Assembly (NCBI GenBank): GCA_964016885.1 | Contig: OZ024741.1 | Span: forward strand, 387,748,001-387,812,000 | Origin: Eledone cirrhosa | Taxonomy: Eukaryota | DNA: 64,000 nucleotides | Direction: 5' to 3' | Shown here: in pieces, positions 1-13,300 of the stretch | Numbering within the stretch: the stretch's first letter is position 1 | How the letters are laid out: every line of letters starts with the position of its first letter | Position numbers and translations under genes: made by a program | Notes under the pieces: model-generated | Databases searched by the model: none | What the model was told of the DNA's origin: nothing | The model's input: the letters and a program-made list of their open reading frames with translations, nothing else

Positions 1-129
1 TTAATTAATTTCCAATAATATATACACATTGCTGAGTTGATTTTCTTTCTCAAGTAATTTCTGCCAATTACATCTAAACTGTTACTTGAATTTTTAATGA
101 TTTTTATACATAGTATTTGATTCAGAAGG

Positions 130-385
130 CACACAGCTTCGTGGTTAGAGAACTGGATTCACAATTGTAGGGTTGCGAGTATGATTCCCAGACTGAATGA
201 TGCATTATGTCCTTGAGCAAGACATTTTATTTCATGTTGCTCTTTCTGCCAAGGGTTGCAACCAGTAGATAGTATCAGCAATGGAAAGACCAATGGAAAC
301 CATTGTTTCCTCGGTCCGATTTGATGAGCTCCACCACACTCATTAAGTGAATGAGGTCTGGGATCTTGTTGATGAATTCCTTCTT
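130..385 (+). mobile_element. tRNA-derived SINE (CORE-like centre); related copies at ~7695-7950 (+) and ~45135-45360 (-)
   Basis: Degenerate A/B-box head (gtggttagag...gagtatgattccc) followed by tgtccttgagcaagac; three dispersed similar copies. Confidence 0.6.
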
Positions 386-1152
386 TCTTTTTATTTGATT
401 GTCTGATTTTGGCTGTAAGGGATCCATTGCCATGGTCCATTCCTGCTCACATTTAGATGTTCTGAAGTTTGACACCAAATCACGATATCCTTTCATTTAT
501 TTATTTATTTTGCAATAATGTTTACAAAAATACACTTGTTTATCTTTTTTTGTTGTTGTTGTTTACTTAAAGATAAGGCAACTTTGCATAAAGCTTTGTT
601 TGATTTCACTGTGTGTGTAAAAAAATATTCTTTTTAACTTCTTCTAAGAAGGGAAATGTATATCTTCTGTTTGTTTTAAGAAAACTGTACAAAGCTACTA
701 TTATCAGTTTCCTGAGTAATCATGTTTTGTCTTGAGTTTTATATTTTTTGAAAATGTCTTATTATATATAATCTCTTCAGTTGTAAAGATAAAATTTAAC
801 AGCAAAATAAAATTTGAATGATAACATTTTTATCAAAAAAACAAACAAAATGTTCTAGTCAGTAATCTGAAGTAACTCCCAGTATTACCATTTTTTTTAT
901 TGTAAATTTAAAAAATTAAAATAAAGCAAGCTTTAATATCAGTTAATTTGATTTTCGATTGGAATATAATAATTCAATAAGTAAATAAATGTACATTTAA
1001 ACATTTCATTGTAAACATACTTTATAAAAATATATCAGAAAAAATTTCACTTAAAATTTACTTGACAATACTCCAGAGCATTGAATAACGAATGTTAGAA
1101 GATTTAGTCATATTTGAAATGCTTAAATTATCCGACATATTTTATATTTTAG

Positions 1153-1330
1153 TCTAAAAGAGGCAGCATAGACACATCATTTGATGTCGATTGGCACAAT
1201 AAAGCCCCACCTGGAAAACAGCAGAAATTTTTGGTAATTGGCCGAAATGTTGAAGAGTGGTCAGCTTCTGTTGACCACTCTACAGCAAGTGAGGGAAATG
1301 AGGATAGTCCTTTTGGACATTCTCATCGAG
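1153..1330 (+). CDS. SZT2: SZT2-like exon a (SKRGSIDTSF...FLVIGRNVEEW...HSHR), phase 0->1
   Basis: ttttag acceptor, open frame, G|gtatga donor; the phase matches the next exon. Confidence 0.8.
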
Positions 1331-4300
1331 GTATGATATCTGCTTTTGTTCAGGATTTCATTATATATGTCATTGAAATTTTGTTTGGCACAATATAATG
1401 GTTACTTGTTTTTAGCTCCAAGTCAGCCATCATCAAATAATGCATTCCAGCTATGACCATCCTGCTTTTTTGTACATCAATGTCCCTTCTTTTTTTGTAT
1501 ATCTATATAAAAAAAAACACAAAGTCCTCACCATATGGTGATCTGGTGCTACAACAACAAAGCACCCAATTCATCCTGCCTGTAAGATGGTTGTGTTGAT
1601 GACACAAAAAAAACACCCAGTCCACCCTGTAAGGTGTTTGATGGCACAACGAAAAGGCACCCAGTCCACATTGTAACATGGTTGGTACTAAGGACATCCA
1701 ACCATAGAAACCAAACCAAAATGCAGATCCATATGAGCAAGACATAGTCACCTGACTTGAATTCTCTCATAATGTGACAACTTGTCTAACCCATGCAAGC
1801 ATGGAAAAATATACATTAAACAGTGATGATGATGATATCTGATGTGTCCTTCTTTTTTTAAAGATAGTTGGGTATTATTTAAGGTAGGTTGGTCAAGTCA
1901 TTGGATAGAGGGTCCCTTGTGGGGTTGAAATGAATGCTAGCTGCACCTTGATACAACTTCTATATCTGCAATTAACTAAAACTTACCACAGTTTTCACCA
2001 TAACTATAGGACAAGGTGCCAATACACAAGTAAACAGACAATCATTGCAGATGAAATCTAGAGAAAGGCTATCCAAAAAGCAAACCTTTATTTACCAATA
2101 TTCTACTAACACCACATATCTCTCTCTGTCTCAACAGTGGTCTGCTGCTCCTCTGAATTAACAAACTGGCTTACAACATCCACCACTCAACGCTTGTTCT
2201 TGCTCTCCCTCTCTCTTCTCTTCTCTCTTTCTCACAAATATATAGCTACAATTGCTCTCTCCACAGTGTCTCTTCTGTTGTTTCCTCACCACCCCTTACC
2301 CATCACTGCCTCTCTTCCCCCTGCTGAGGTTACAAAGACCTCTTTAATGTTGGTGCCATGATAAAATGCACTCAGTACACTCTGTAGTGTGGTGGGTAGG
2401 AAAGGCATCCAACTGTAGAAGAAATACCATCTTGGCTCAGACTGTGATAACCCATCCAACCATGAAAAATAGATGTTGAATAATGATGATGATAAAGTAC
2501 CACTACTGTCCAAAGCCAATTGATGGTCTCACTTCTCCCATTTCTCACTAAAAGCTATATCAAATGCATTTTCCACTCTACCTTCCTCAGAATTGCATCT
2601 TTCTGAAACTCACTTTAACAGCACTAGCCTTGCCAGTTTGGAAGGTCTATTAAGAATTAGGAGCACTGCCCTCTCTCTGGTTTTCAAATAATTTTGAAAG
2701 TAATCAACAATTTGGAAGGATTAAGGAATATCACTAACTTGCTCATTAATAAACTGGTGTTCAGAACATAACTTAAAGGTTCTAACATAATATTATAATG
2801 TAAGATTTTAAAATATTCATTTATCTATTTAATCAATTTAAACATCTGTATAGAGCTAGTAAGCCATGACATACTCGGGGTATGTAACTAGTAACTAGTA
2901 TTTCTTCCAGTTGAGAAACAAAAAAACGATATACAGAGATAAGTGAATATAAAATTTAAAAAAATGTTTAATTAAATTAAATTCAAAATTGAATAGGGAA
3001 GGCCAACTAAAAGCAGAATAAGCATAAGAAAGATAAAGAAAAAATGGGAAGCAAGGGAAGCTGTAAAGCAGCTAGGAGGTTCTGTTGTTGAATTTTTCAT
3101 AACCTCCATGTACTCAAAGATTTTGTTTATAGTTGGTAGATATTTTACAATATCTTGTATCTCCAATCTTGGTACTTTTTTGATGATTGGCTTCAAGATG
3201 TCCTCTCTCTCAGACTGATAGTTTTACATTGGAACAAATAGTACTAAAGATAAATATATACCCTTTAAAACAAACAATTTTGTATCATAGATCCAAGTGT
3301 GATTTCAAGCAGTTTGGTATCAAAAGTGTTAAAGTAATCTCTTATAACAGCATGTCTAGTATATTATATTTCTATTTTTTTTTTCTTTGTAGCAACACAT
3401 CGAGAATTCCGGTTCCACCCTTATACTCCCAGTAACTGCAATAGCAGCATAGATAAGAGTTGTGAGGGATCCCCTACAGAAACTAAATATAATTTGTTTG
3501 CACCCCGCCAACGATTACTATTGCTGCAGATCAATGATAAAAAGGTGGGTCAAAGTTTCTTTCATAAGTCTGTGACAATAACATTATCATACTCTTTCTA
3601 AAATATGACAAGGATTTGTTTTAAACACACACACACATATATATATAAATGTGTGTGTGTATTTTTGTGTTGTTTTCCTTGCTTGACTATCTTTGTCCCC
3701 TTTTGAATTATATATAAACATATTGATCTAAACCCTAATTATATAATTAACTCCCAAATTCTTTTCTTGAATTATGGTCGAGTGCTCCATATTGGTGACA
3801 TCATGCTGCTTTTAAGCATTAGCACCAACTTCAGCCAGTTGGCCACTACTGCTGTCACTTGATGACAGAATAGTATTTAATGCTACATGTGGGATACCAG
3901 CACCAACCTGAAAATTTAGTAGTATGGTCGATTTTTGGAAATCCTTCATAGGATTGCTGCTGATGATAATTCCTTCGTCCGGAACTTGTTGGTTATGGAT
4001 TTATTATTAATCAATTACCAGTGAATTCTCCTCCGAATTTGAGGTGTAGTCATGGTAGTGCTACCACCATGACTACACCTTTCTCTATATACACAAGATT
4101 TCATTTTTCCAGTCTCCTTCTCAACAAGGAAGATGAAAAAAACTTACCTCAGCCCTTAATTTTAAATCTTTAATTTTTAGTTTTTAATTCTTATTAATTG
4201 TAATACTCAACATTTGATAAGATGAATTTTACTAATACATCGAAACTGGTTATACTTTATATACTTTATAAAACTCTTTTTTTTTTTTTTTTTTCAATAA

Positions 4301-7300
4301 TGTCACTTTGACAAGAAAGAAAAAAAAAACAGACCCTTGAATATATTTTCCGTGCTATTTCCAATTTCACCTTTTCTCTCTCTCTAAATTTGACAGTAGA
4401 AGTCGCAGTTATAGACAGATTTTTCAAATGCGGGTAGGACCTATAGAGGTGGTTGATAGCTTCCGATACCTAGGTGATAAGATTAGTAAGGGAGGAGGGT
4501 GTTCCGAGGCCATAGTATCCAGAAGAAGGATGGGTTGGAAGAAGTTTATGGAGTTGCTTCCTCTGTTGACAAAGAAGGGTTTCTTCCTACAAACGAAAGG
4601 CTGGTTATATGATGCCTGTGTGAGATGCGCGATGCTGCATGGTAGTGAGACATGGGCAGCAACTGTGGAAGATATGCGACGGCTGGAGAGAAATGAAGCA
4701 AGCATGCTCTGCTGGATGTACAATGTCAATGTGCGTGAATAACCAAGCATAGATGAGTTGAGAGAGAAACTGTGTATAAGAGGAATAGGCTGTAGTGTGC
4801 GGGAGAGAAGACTGCTGTGCTATGGACATGTGATGTGCATGGAGGATGGCCGCTGGTAAAGAAGTGCCAAGAAATCCTAGTAGAAGGAAGATGCAGTCAA
4901 GGAAGACCACAAAAAACATGGGCGGAGGTGGTGAGAACAGACCTCACATCGCTGAAGCTCACAGAGGAGATGACAAAGGACTGTGATGAATGGAGAGATA
5001 CGATGCCTAATAAGACCCGTCCCACCCTTGCAAGCAGGGAAAAGCGGATGTAAGATGATAAGATGATGAGGATATATATATATATATCATCATCATCATC
5101 GTTTAATGTCCATCTTCCACACTAGCATGGGTCTGTATATATATATATATATATATATATAGGTAGTAATATACCATCTTGACCAACCAGTGACGGTAAA
5201 CGTTGCTGAATTCTAGGTCACCTACCCACTGGGATTTGACCAAACAAAATTTAGCATGAAAAAAGCATTAACACATTTCTTTTAACAAAGTTTGTGGCAG
5301 CCTAAAATAACAAATCGGGTGTTTAACAATTCAACAACATTTGGACGTGCATCTACATGTGAGAACACATATCTGAGAAGCTCCCGATTCCAGAGTCAGG
5401 ATCAAACATTATTTGATCGTTCCTCGAGCTGATTGGTTATATGATGCCTGTGTGAGATGTGCGATGCTGCATGGTAGTGAGACATGGGCAGCAACTGCAG
5501 AGGATATGCGACGGCTGGAGAGAAATGAAGCAAGTATGCTCCGTTGGAGGTACAATGTCAATGTGCGTGAACGACCAAGCATGGACGAGTTGAGAAAGAA
5601 ACTGGGTATAAGAGGGATAAGTTGTGGTGTGCGGGAGAGTAGGCTGAGATGGTATGGACATGTGATGCGCATGGAGGATGACCGCTGGGTAAAAAAGTGC
5701 CAAGAAATCCCAGTAGAAGGAAGACGCAGAAGAGGTAGACCATGTTATACATGGGCGGAGGTGGTGAGAGTAGACCTCAGATCGCTGAAACTCACCGAGA
5801 TGACAACGTAGGACCGTGACAAGTGCAGAGATGTTGTGCTGAATAGGACCCGTCCAACCCTTGCAAGCAGGGAAAAACAGACGTGAAATGATGATGCAAT
5901 ACTGATTCTTTGTTCCCATTTATTATTATGTATATATATGTCTCCACTGGAACAATTTGTTAGTCATAAACCTGTTTTCATCTGTTTCCATTTATTTCCA
6001 GATGACATTTTTCACATACAACATAGCAGCTGATGTGACAGAAGCCTTTAACAAACTCTTGAAAAATATGGTTCATTGGCAGAATGCCCGAGCACATGTG
6101 TTAGATTGTTTGGTCACCCAAAAAATGGGACTGTATCACCACCAATCCTTTGGTGACTCCCCTGCTTTAAAAGTCAGTATCTGTCATAGAAATTAACCCT
6201 TTCATTATTGTATTTCTAATGAAATTCACTGTCTATGTGTTTCCATGAAGTGATTGTAAAAAAAAAGATAGTTTCCACTGTCTTGACACCATGTGGCCTT
6301 TTGTTCCATGCGTATATATATATAGTCTTGATAGATTCAAATTCTGTTTTTTTTTCAAATTATTATTTAATTCTTTTATTACCATATTATTAATGAAATA
6401 CACTGTCTATGTGTTTCAATTAAGTTTGAAAATAACCAAACAGTTTAATGCAATAACTAAGTTTTTCATTAGTAAGTTAATATTTAGAACAATACTTAAG
6501 AAAATTTTCTAAAATATAATTAAAGATGGAAGGATAAACATTTCAAAATGAGCAGTTTTGTATTATAAACCCTAGGCTATTTCAGGCAGTATCAAATGGG
6601 TTAACCAAGATTTAGCTATAATATACTTTGTGTTTTAATAATTATCAATGTAATCAAGAATTATGATAGGTTTAGTGAAATAACTAACTTTTAACTTAAT
6701 AAAAGACAAATGTTTAACAAATATTTAATTTATCCATTTCTCAGTTAATTTGCTCCTTAATTAATCTCTCTTACTGCATCTCAATCAAATCATTTTATTC
6801 TAATCCAGTCGTTCTACATTTTTGTTTTTATTTTGCTCACAGTCTCTTTTAAAACAAGTAAAAATATTTTGGTACACTTTGTACCTAAATTCAAAAATTT
6901 ATTTAAGAGAGGTGTTTATACATATTTTCATTAGTAAGTTAATATTTAGAACAATACTTAAGAAAATTTTCTAAAATATAATTAAAGATGGAAGGATAAA
7001 CATAAAGCATAAAGATAAACTATAGCATAAAGTAGACATAGATAAATAAAAATACAGAAGTTATTAATAAGAAACATGTACTTGGTGTTTCTTAGCAATG
7101 TTTTCATCCTTAGTTTAGTTGCTTCCTACTTTTATATGATAATTATATATGAACTATATTTCAAATTTCAATTTGTATTTTTCACATTTTTAAATAGAAT
7201 CTTGCTCTTTTGTGACACACCTAATTACATCTCATGACACATCATTGCCTCATGGCACACAATTTAGAAACTACTGTTCTAATCTTTCAAATACTCAACT

Positions 7301-10300
7301 GATTGATAAAATTATCAGTTTTTTTGGTAATTGTAATACTACCATAATGTATTTGTCATCTGTAACTGTTACATTCCTTTCTACACCTTCAGCAAAATCC
7401 TTACACTCAGTCTAATATGGATGTTGATCTACTCTTGATGAAAACACACTTGCCAAAAGATGGTTTAAAACGGAACAACAGCAGCTTGTCAGGGGCCATG
7501 TCTTATCCACAGATCACGCGTCCATTTGATGAAATTTACCGCAACCTCAAACCTGCTCACCCTTTGCAGAATTCCCCACGCAAATTCGATATTGTTTTAC
7601 AGCATGGTCAACAAGCTCAAGAAATCCGAACAAATTATGGCAGAGGTAAAATATTTCAAAACTAACATATTTGATGGCATATAAGACCACCAAGTGAAGA
7701 CATGTGGCTTAGTGGTTAGAGAATTGGATTCGCATTTGTGAGATTATGAGTTCAATTCTCAGACTGGGGGATGCGTCATGTCCTTGAGCGAGATACTTTA
7801 TTTCATGTTGCTCTTTCTGCCAGGAGTTGCAACCAGTAGATATTATCAGCACTAGAAACATTGTTTCCTTTATCTGTTTTGGCGAGTTCCACCCACTCGG
7901 TAGATGAATGAGGTCTGGGATCTTGTTGATCGATTCCTTCTTCTTCTTAAGACCCTCCCACCATAAAAAAATTTTTTTTAATAACTCAAATGCTATTTGC
8001 TGGGTTTTGTATATGAAGTTGAAATATCTGGTAGGCTAATGTTTTTTTTTCTTAATATTCCCTGTTGAATTGGAGAGGGGGTTCTATATGTCCAGGAGTT
8101 GTGGGGGTCCTATATGCCATCAACTACAGTATTAAATTCCCATCTACAGTTGTTTTTTTTTAAATTCATCATTATCATATTAACATCTGTTTTCCCTGCT
8201 AGCATGGATTGGATGTGTCTATATAGACCAAGTCATTATTGAAGTGGGGCTACTGATCTCCCAAACAGGCCAGGGGTCTGCATCTCACTTATGTATGGTC
8301 TCATATTCTACCAAGTACACTGGAGAGGTTGTCATATCTTTGACCCAACTGAGGGTCCTCCCAATCCTTTATTTGGCAAGTTTTCTACAGCTGGATGCCC
8401 TTCCTGTCACCAACCACATTACAGCGTGTACTGCATGCGTTTATCATGTAGATCACAAACACTAGAGAGACTCATCATTTTTACGTCCGCTTTTCCATGT
8501 TGGCATGGGTGAGAAGATTTTTTGAAGCAGTATTTTTTGAAGCAGAATGGCTTGTGAGGACAGTGCAAACTTTGTACAGAGGTACTCTCAGTAAAGTCAG
8601 GGTAGGAATGGAGTTTAGTGAGGAATTCCAGATACAAGTAGGAGTACATCAAGGTTCGGTCCTCAGCCCGCTCTTGTTTATTATAGTCCTCCAAGCCATA
8701 ACAGAGGAGTTTAAGACTGGCTGTCCATGGGAACTTCTCTATGCTGATGATCTGGTTCTTATAGCAGAATCAGTAGAGGAGCTAGAGAATAAATTCTGGC
8801 TATGGAAACAGCAGTTGGAAGCAAGAGGACTGAGAGTGAACCTAGCTAAGACAAAAGTGTTGATGAGTAGAAAAGAGGACAAAACCCTGGCCATGTTCGA
8901 TATGCAGAAAAGGAACTGGCATAAATTCTATAAAATGCACACAATGCAGATCCTGGGTACACAAGAGATGTAGCGGGATAGCAGGCAAACTAACAGGTAG
9001 GGAGAAATATGTATGCAGTAGATGTAGAGGGAAATTTGACAATAGAAGTCGCATTGATAGACACATTTTTCAGATGCAGGAGGGCGCTATAGAAGTGGTG
9101 GATAGCTTCCGGTACCTAAGAGATCAGATTAGCATGGGAGGAGGGTGTTCCGAGGCCATAGTATCTAGAATAAGGACGGGTTGGAAGAAGTTTAGGGAGC
9201 TGCTTCCTCTGTTGACGAAGAAGGGTTTGTCCCTGCGTACGAAAGGCCGGTTGTATGATGCCTGTGTGAGGAGCGCGATGCTGCATGGTAGTGAGACATG
9301 GGCAGCAACTGCAGAGGATATGCGACGGCTGGAGAGAAATGAGGCAAGCATGCTCCGTTGGATGTGCAGTGTAAATGTGCGTGAACGACCCAGCATGAAT
9401 GTGTTGAGAGAGAAACTGTGTCTGAGAGGGATAGAATGTAGTGTACGGGAGAGGAGACTGAGGTGGTATGGACATGTGATGCGCATGGAGGATGACCGAT
9501 GGGTGAAGAAGTGCCAGGAATTGCCAGTTGAAGGAAGACGTGGTAGAGGTAGACCGCGAAAAACATGGGCGGAGGTGGAGATGATGAAGGACTGTGACGA
9601 GTGGAGAGATGCTGTGCTGAATAAGACCCGTCCCACCCTTGCAAGCAGGGAAAAGCGGACGTAAAATGATGATGATGATGATATTCTGTGGCTGGATGAC
9701 CTTCCCAACACCAGTCCTTACATGTTTTTTTTTATTTGTTTGTTTTTTTCAAGTTTGATATTTACTACATTTATCTTCATCCATCAACCAGCTGAGCTGC
9801 TGAACAAGGTTATAGAAAAATACACATGCCCAAGGTGCCATAATTTGGGATTAAACCCAAGACCAACTGGTTGCCTAGAAAACTATTTATACAATTAGAG
9901 GTGTTGCGAGCTAAATAAAGAACCTCTACATAGTTGCGCAACCTGCTAGAAATAATAGTTAAATTTCCTTAAAATCTCACCTTACCTACCAACACATTAG
10001 TTGATGTGCTCCTAGATATGCTGGGTTTGCATGCATGCTTATAGTGTATTTTTAAATCTGGCGGAGCCTATCTCTCTCCAGGTGTGGATACAGCAGATTT
10101 TTTCCAGAGAAGGGTAGAGAGTGAGAGAAAGCAAGTGAGAAAGAGATATAGAGGAAGAATCAACCCCAGTACTAAACTGGTACTTTTTTTATTGACCTTG
10201 AATGGATGAAAGGCAAAATTGACCTCGACGGGATTTGAATTCGGAGAGCAGAGAGCTGAAATGGATACTGCAAATCATTTTATATGATGTTCTAACAACT

Positions 10301-13300
10301 CTGTTAATTCACAGTCCACATGCTGGGTTTATAAAAACAGGAAAAAAAAACACAAGTTTGTTTTGGCTGGAGTGTTTTTTTTAGGAGCTAATCAACAGAA
10401 ACATTGGGAAATAGTCACCCAACCTGCTAGAAATGGCAGCTAAATCTCCTTCAAATCACAACTTACCTACCAACGCTTTAGATGATGCTCTCCTAGATAT
10501 GCTGTGTTTATAAAACAGGTTGGTCGTGGCTGGAATGCCTTTTTGTGGGGCTAAGGGGCTAAACAACAGCAATATTGGGAGTTATGAGATTGATATTTTG
10601 ATGAGTGGAATGATTTAATTTCAGGATTTCATGTTTGGAGGTTATATTATAGTGGGACTTTGCTCATTGTTGAATTTTAAACTTGTCACCTCTAACTGAC
10701 AAAAGACTTGTAGCCAACTAGGGAGTCCATACACAGTCATTCAACGATATCTTGTAAGACTTGGGTTTGGAAAGAATGGAAATGAGAATGATTTGATGTA
10801 AGAGTGGAGTATTGCTTAGAGAGAGGAAGAAAAACAATGAATTGCAGATGATGATGGATGCTGTGAAGAGGAATTGAACAAGGTGGTTGAGTCATGTGTT
10901 CTAAAAGTGTAAAGTCTGTCTTGAGCCTAGAGGCTCATTAGACTGGTGCTTATCCTGGTTTCTGTGGCGTTAAGCTACTGAGAGTACAAGACTGAGTTGG
11001 TTTGTTGTAGGGTTAAACCCCAGTTACAGCTGGTCCTCATTTTCAGCTGAGTATACTGAAGCAACATGAAATGAAGTGTTTTGCTCACATCACACAACCC
11101 AGTCATGTGTTGAGGAAGGAAAAAGTGACTTTGTGAGAGGAATGGTAAAAGGAGGATACAAGCAATAGGGAAACATGGAGAAGCTTGAGCAAGGAAAATG
11201 TCCTTAAAATGCTTTTTTTTTTGTATGAAATCTTGTAAGTAATTTTATTCTGACTTATTTCCAACTACAGATATTGATAAAATGTTCAAGCTGAAAGAAT
11301 TACATGCTATGTGGTTTTCAAAGAACTGGGCACCAATATCAGTAAGTCATTATTTTATCTCGCCGAAGTTGACTTTGCCTTTCATCCTTATGGGGTCGAT
11401 AAAATAAAGTACCAGTAATGCACTGGGTAATTGCTGGCCTTGTGCCTAACGTAGAAACAATTATTTTGATTTTCCAATTTTAAGTTTTCTGTAAAAGAAA
11501 GTTTTCAAAGTCTGTTTACACCATGTGACTTTTTGTCACAAGTGTACATATAAACTCAACAGATTCAAATTCTCTCCTTTTTTCGAAAATAACTATTTAA
11601 CCCTTTAGCATTTACACTACTCTGTATATACTATTATATTTTCACGGTAAAGGCTTTACTTCACATAATTATCTCACATAATATCGAATCTATGAGATTT
11701 TGATATTATTTATTTTGAGAACAATACCTTGACACCACTGATCAGCCAGTTACAGCCGGTTTGAACAGAAAGAGGTGAGAGAATTCTGGCCAGATATGGC
11801 TAGTTTAAATGTTAAAGGGTTAAACCTTACATTACCATATTTTTAATGAAACACACTGCCTATATGTTCAATTAATTTTGAAAAAAGCCAAAGATTTGGT
11901 GGAATTTAATGAAATAACTAAGTTTTTCATTAGGAAACTGATATTTAAAACATTACTAAACAAAATTTCTGAAATAAAATTATAATAGACAAGTGAAATT
12001 ATTCCAATTACAGAGGGATCTCTTTGTTAAGACTTCTGGTAAAGTCTGTGCTAAGTGTCCAGCAAAGAGATGCAGAAAGATTGTTGAGTCCAAGCTAGGC
12101 AGTTTTTGCTCCAGACACAGCACAGCCGACCAAATATTCACACTGTGGCAGGTCTTCGAGAAATCTTGGGAGTATTGCCAAGAGGTATATTCATGTTTTG
12201 CAGACCTCGAAAAGGCATATGACCGTGTTCCTTGGGACATGCTGTAGAAGGTTCTGCAGGAGTATGGGACCAATGGTCAGCTTCTTGCTGCCTTGCTGTC
12301 TTTATACGAGTGCCTGAATATTTGTGTTCGGATAAATGGTGCTAAATTGAAACCATTCAATGTGTGGGTCAGACTCTGCCTAGAGTACGTACTGTCACCT
12401 CTCCTGTTCATTATTTATATGAACAGGATTGACATGTGCAGCTGGGTTGCAAGTGGTATCATGACTGGCAGGTGTAAAATCAGTCGGCTGGAATTTGCAG
12501 ACAAATTGGTGTAACTTAATTCGACAGAAGGTGATTTCTGACTTGTACTTGATACGTTTGATGCCGAGTGTTGCATGGCTGGAAAGAAAATCAGTGCTGC
12601 GAAAACTAAGACACTCGTCCTCTCATGGAAGCCTGCTCAATGCACTCTACATGTAAATGGAGTTCCACTAAAGCAGGTAGAGAAGGTCGAGTATCTTGGG
12701 GCTATGTTCATGAGTGAAGGAAGGCAGCAGGCTGAATTAAGTGTAAGGATTGCAGGAGCTGGTGCAGTAATGCGCCAACTTCATAATTTGGTATCTGAAG
12801 AGGGGTGGTAGGTTTAAAAGCTAAACTCGCTATCTTCAATTCTGTATTCATGCCAACTCTTACCTATGGTCATGAATCTTGGGTAATGATCAAAAGAACA
12901 CAATTGTGAATACAAGCAGCCGAAATTGGGTTTCTCCGAAGGGTCTTTAGAGTAATGTTACTTGATAGAGTCCATAGCTCAGCGATGAGAGAGTCACTCC
13001 AGGTAGAGCCACTACTTCTCTGATTTGAGAGATCACAGCTCTGATACTATGGGTATGTGGTGAGAATGTCTCGGGAAAGAATCTCTGCACCGATTTTATG
13101 GGCAAAACCAACCAGCAGGAGACCCAGGGGTAGACCCTGAGCAAGATGGTTGGATAACATCCATGAGCTTGGCTGGTCTCACTTGGGGATCCTGCATGAC
13201 GGTTGCTTCTGACAGGACCCACTGGAAGGAGTGTTTGAGGACTCCGCCCTCATGACTCTCTCATGAATAAGTGGAAGGAGATGGAGAAGAAGAAGATTAT

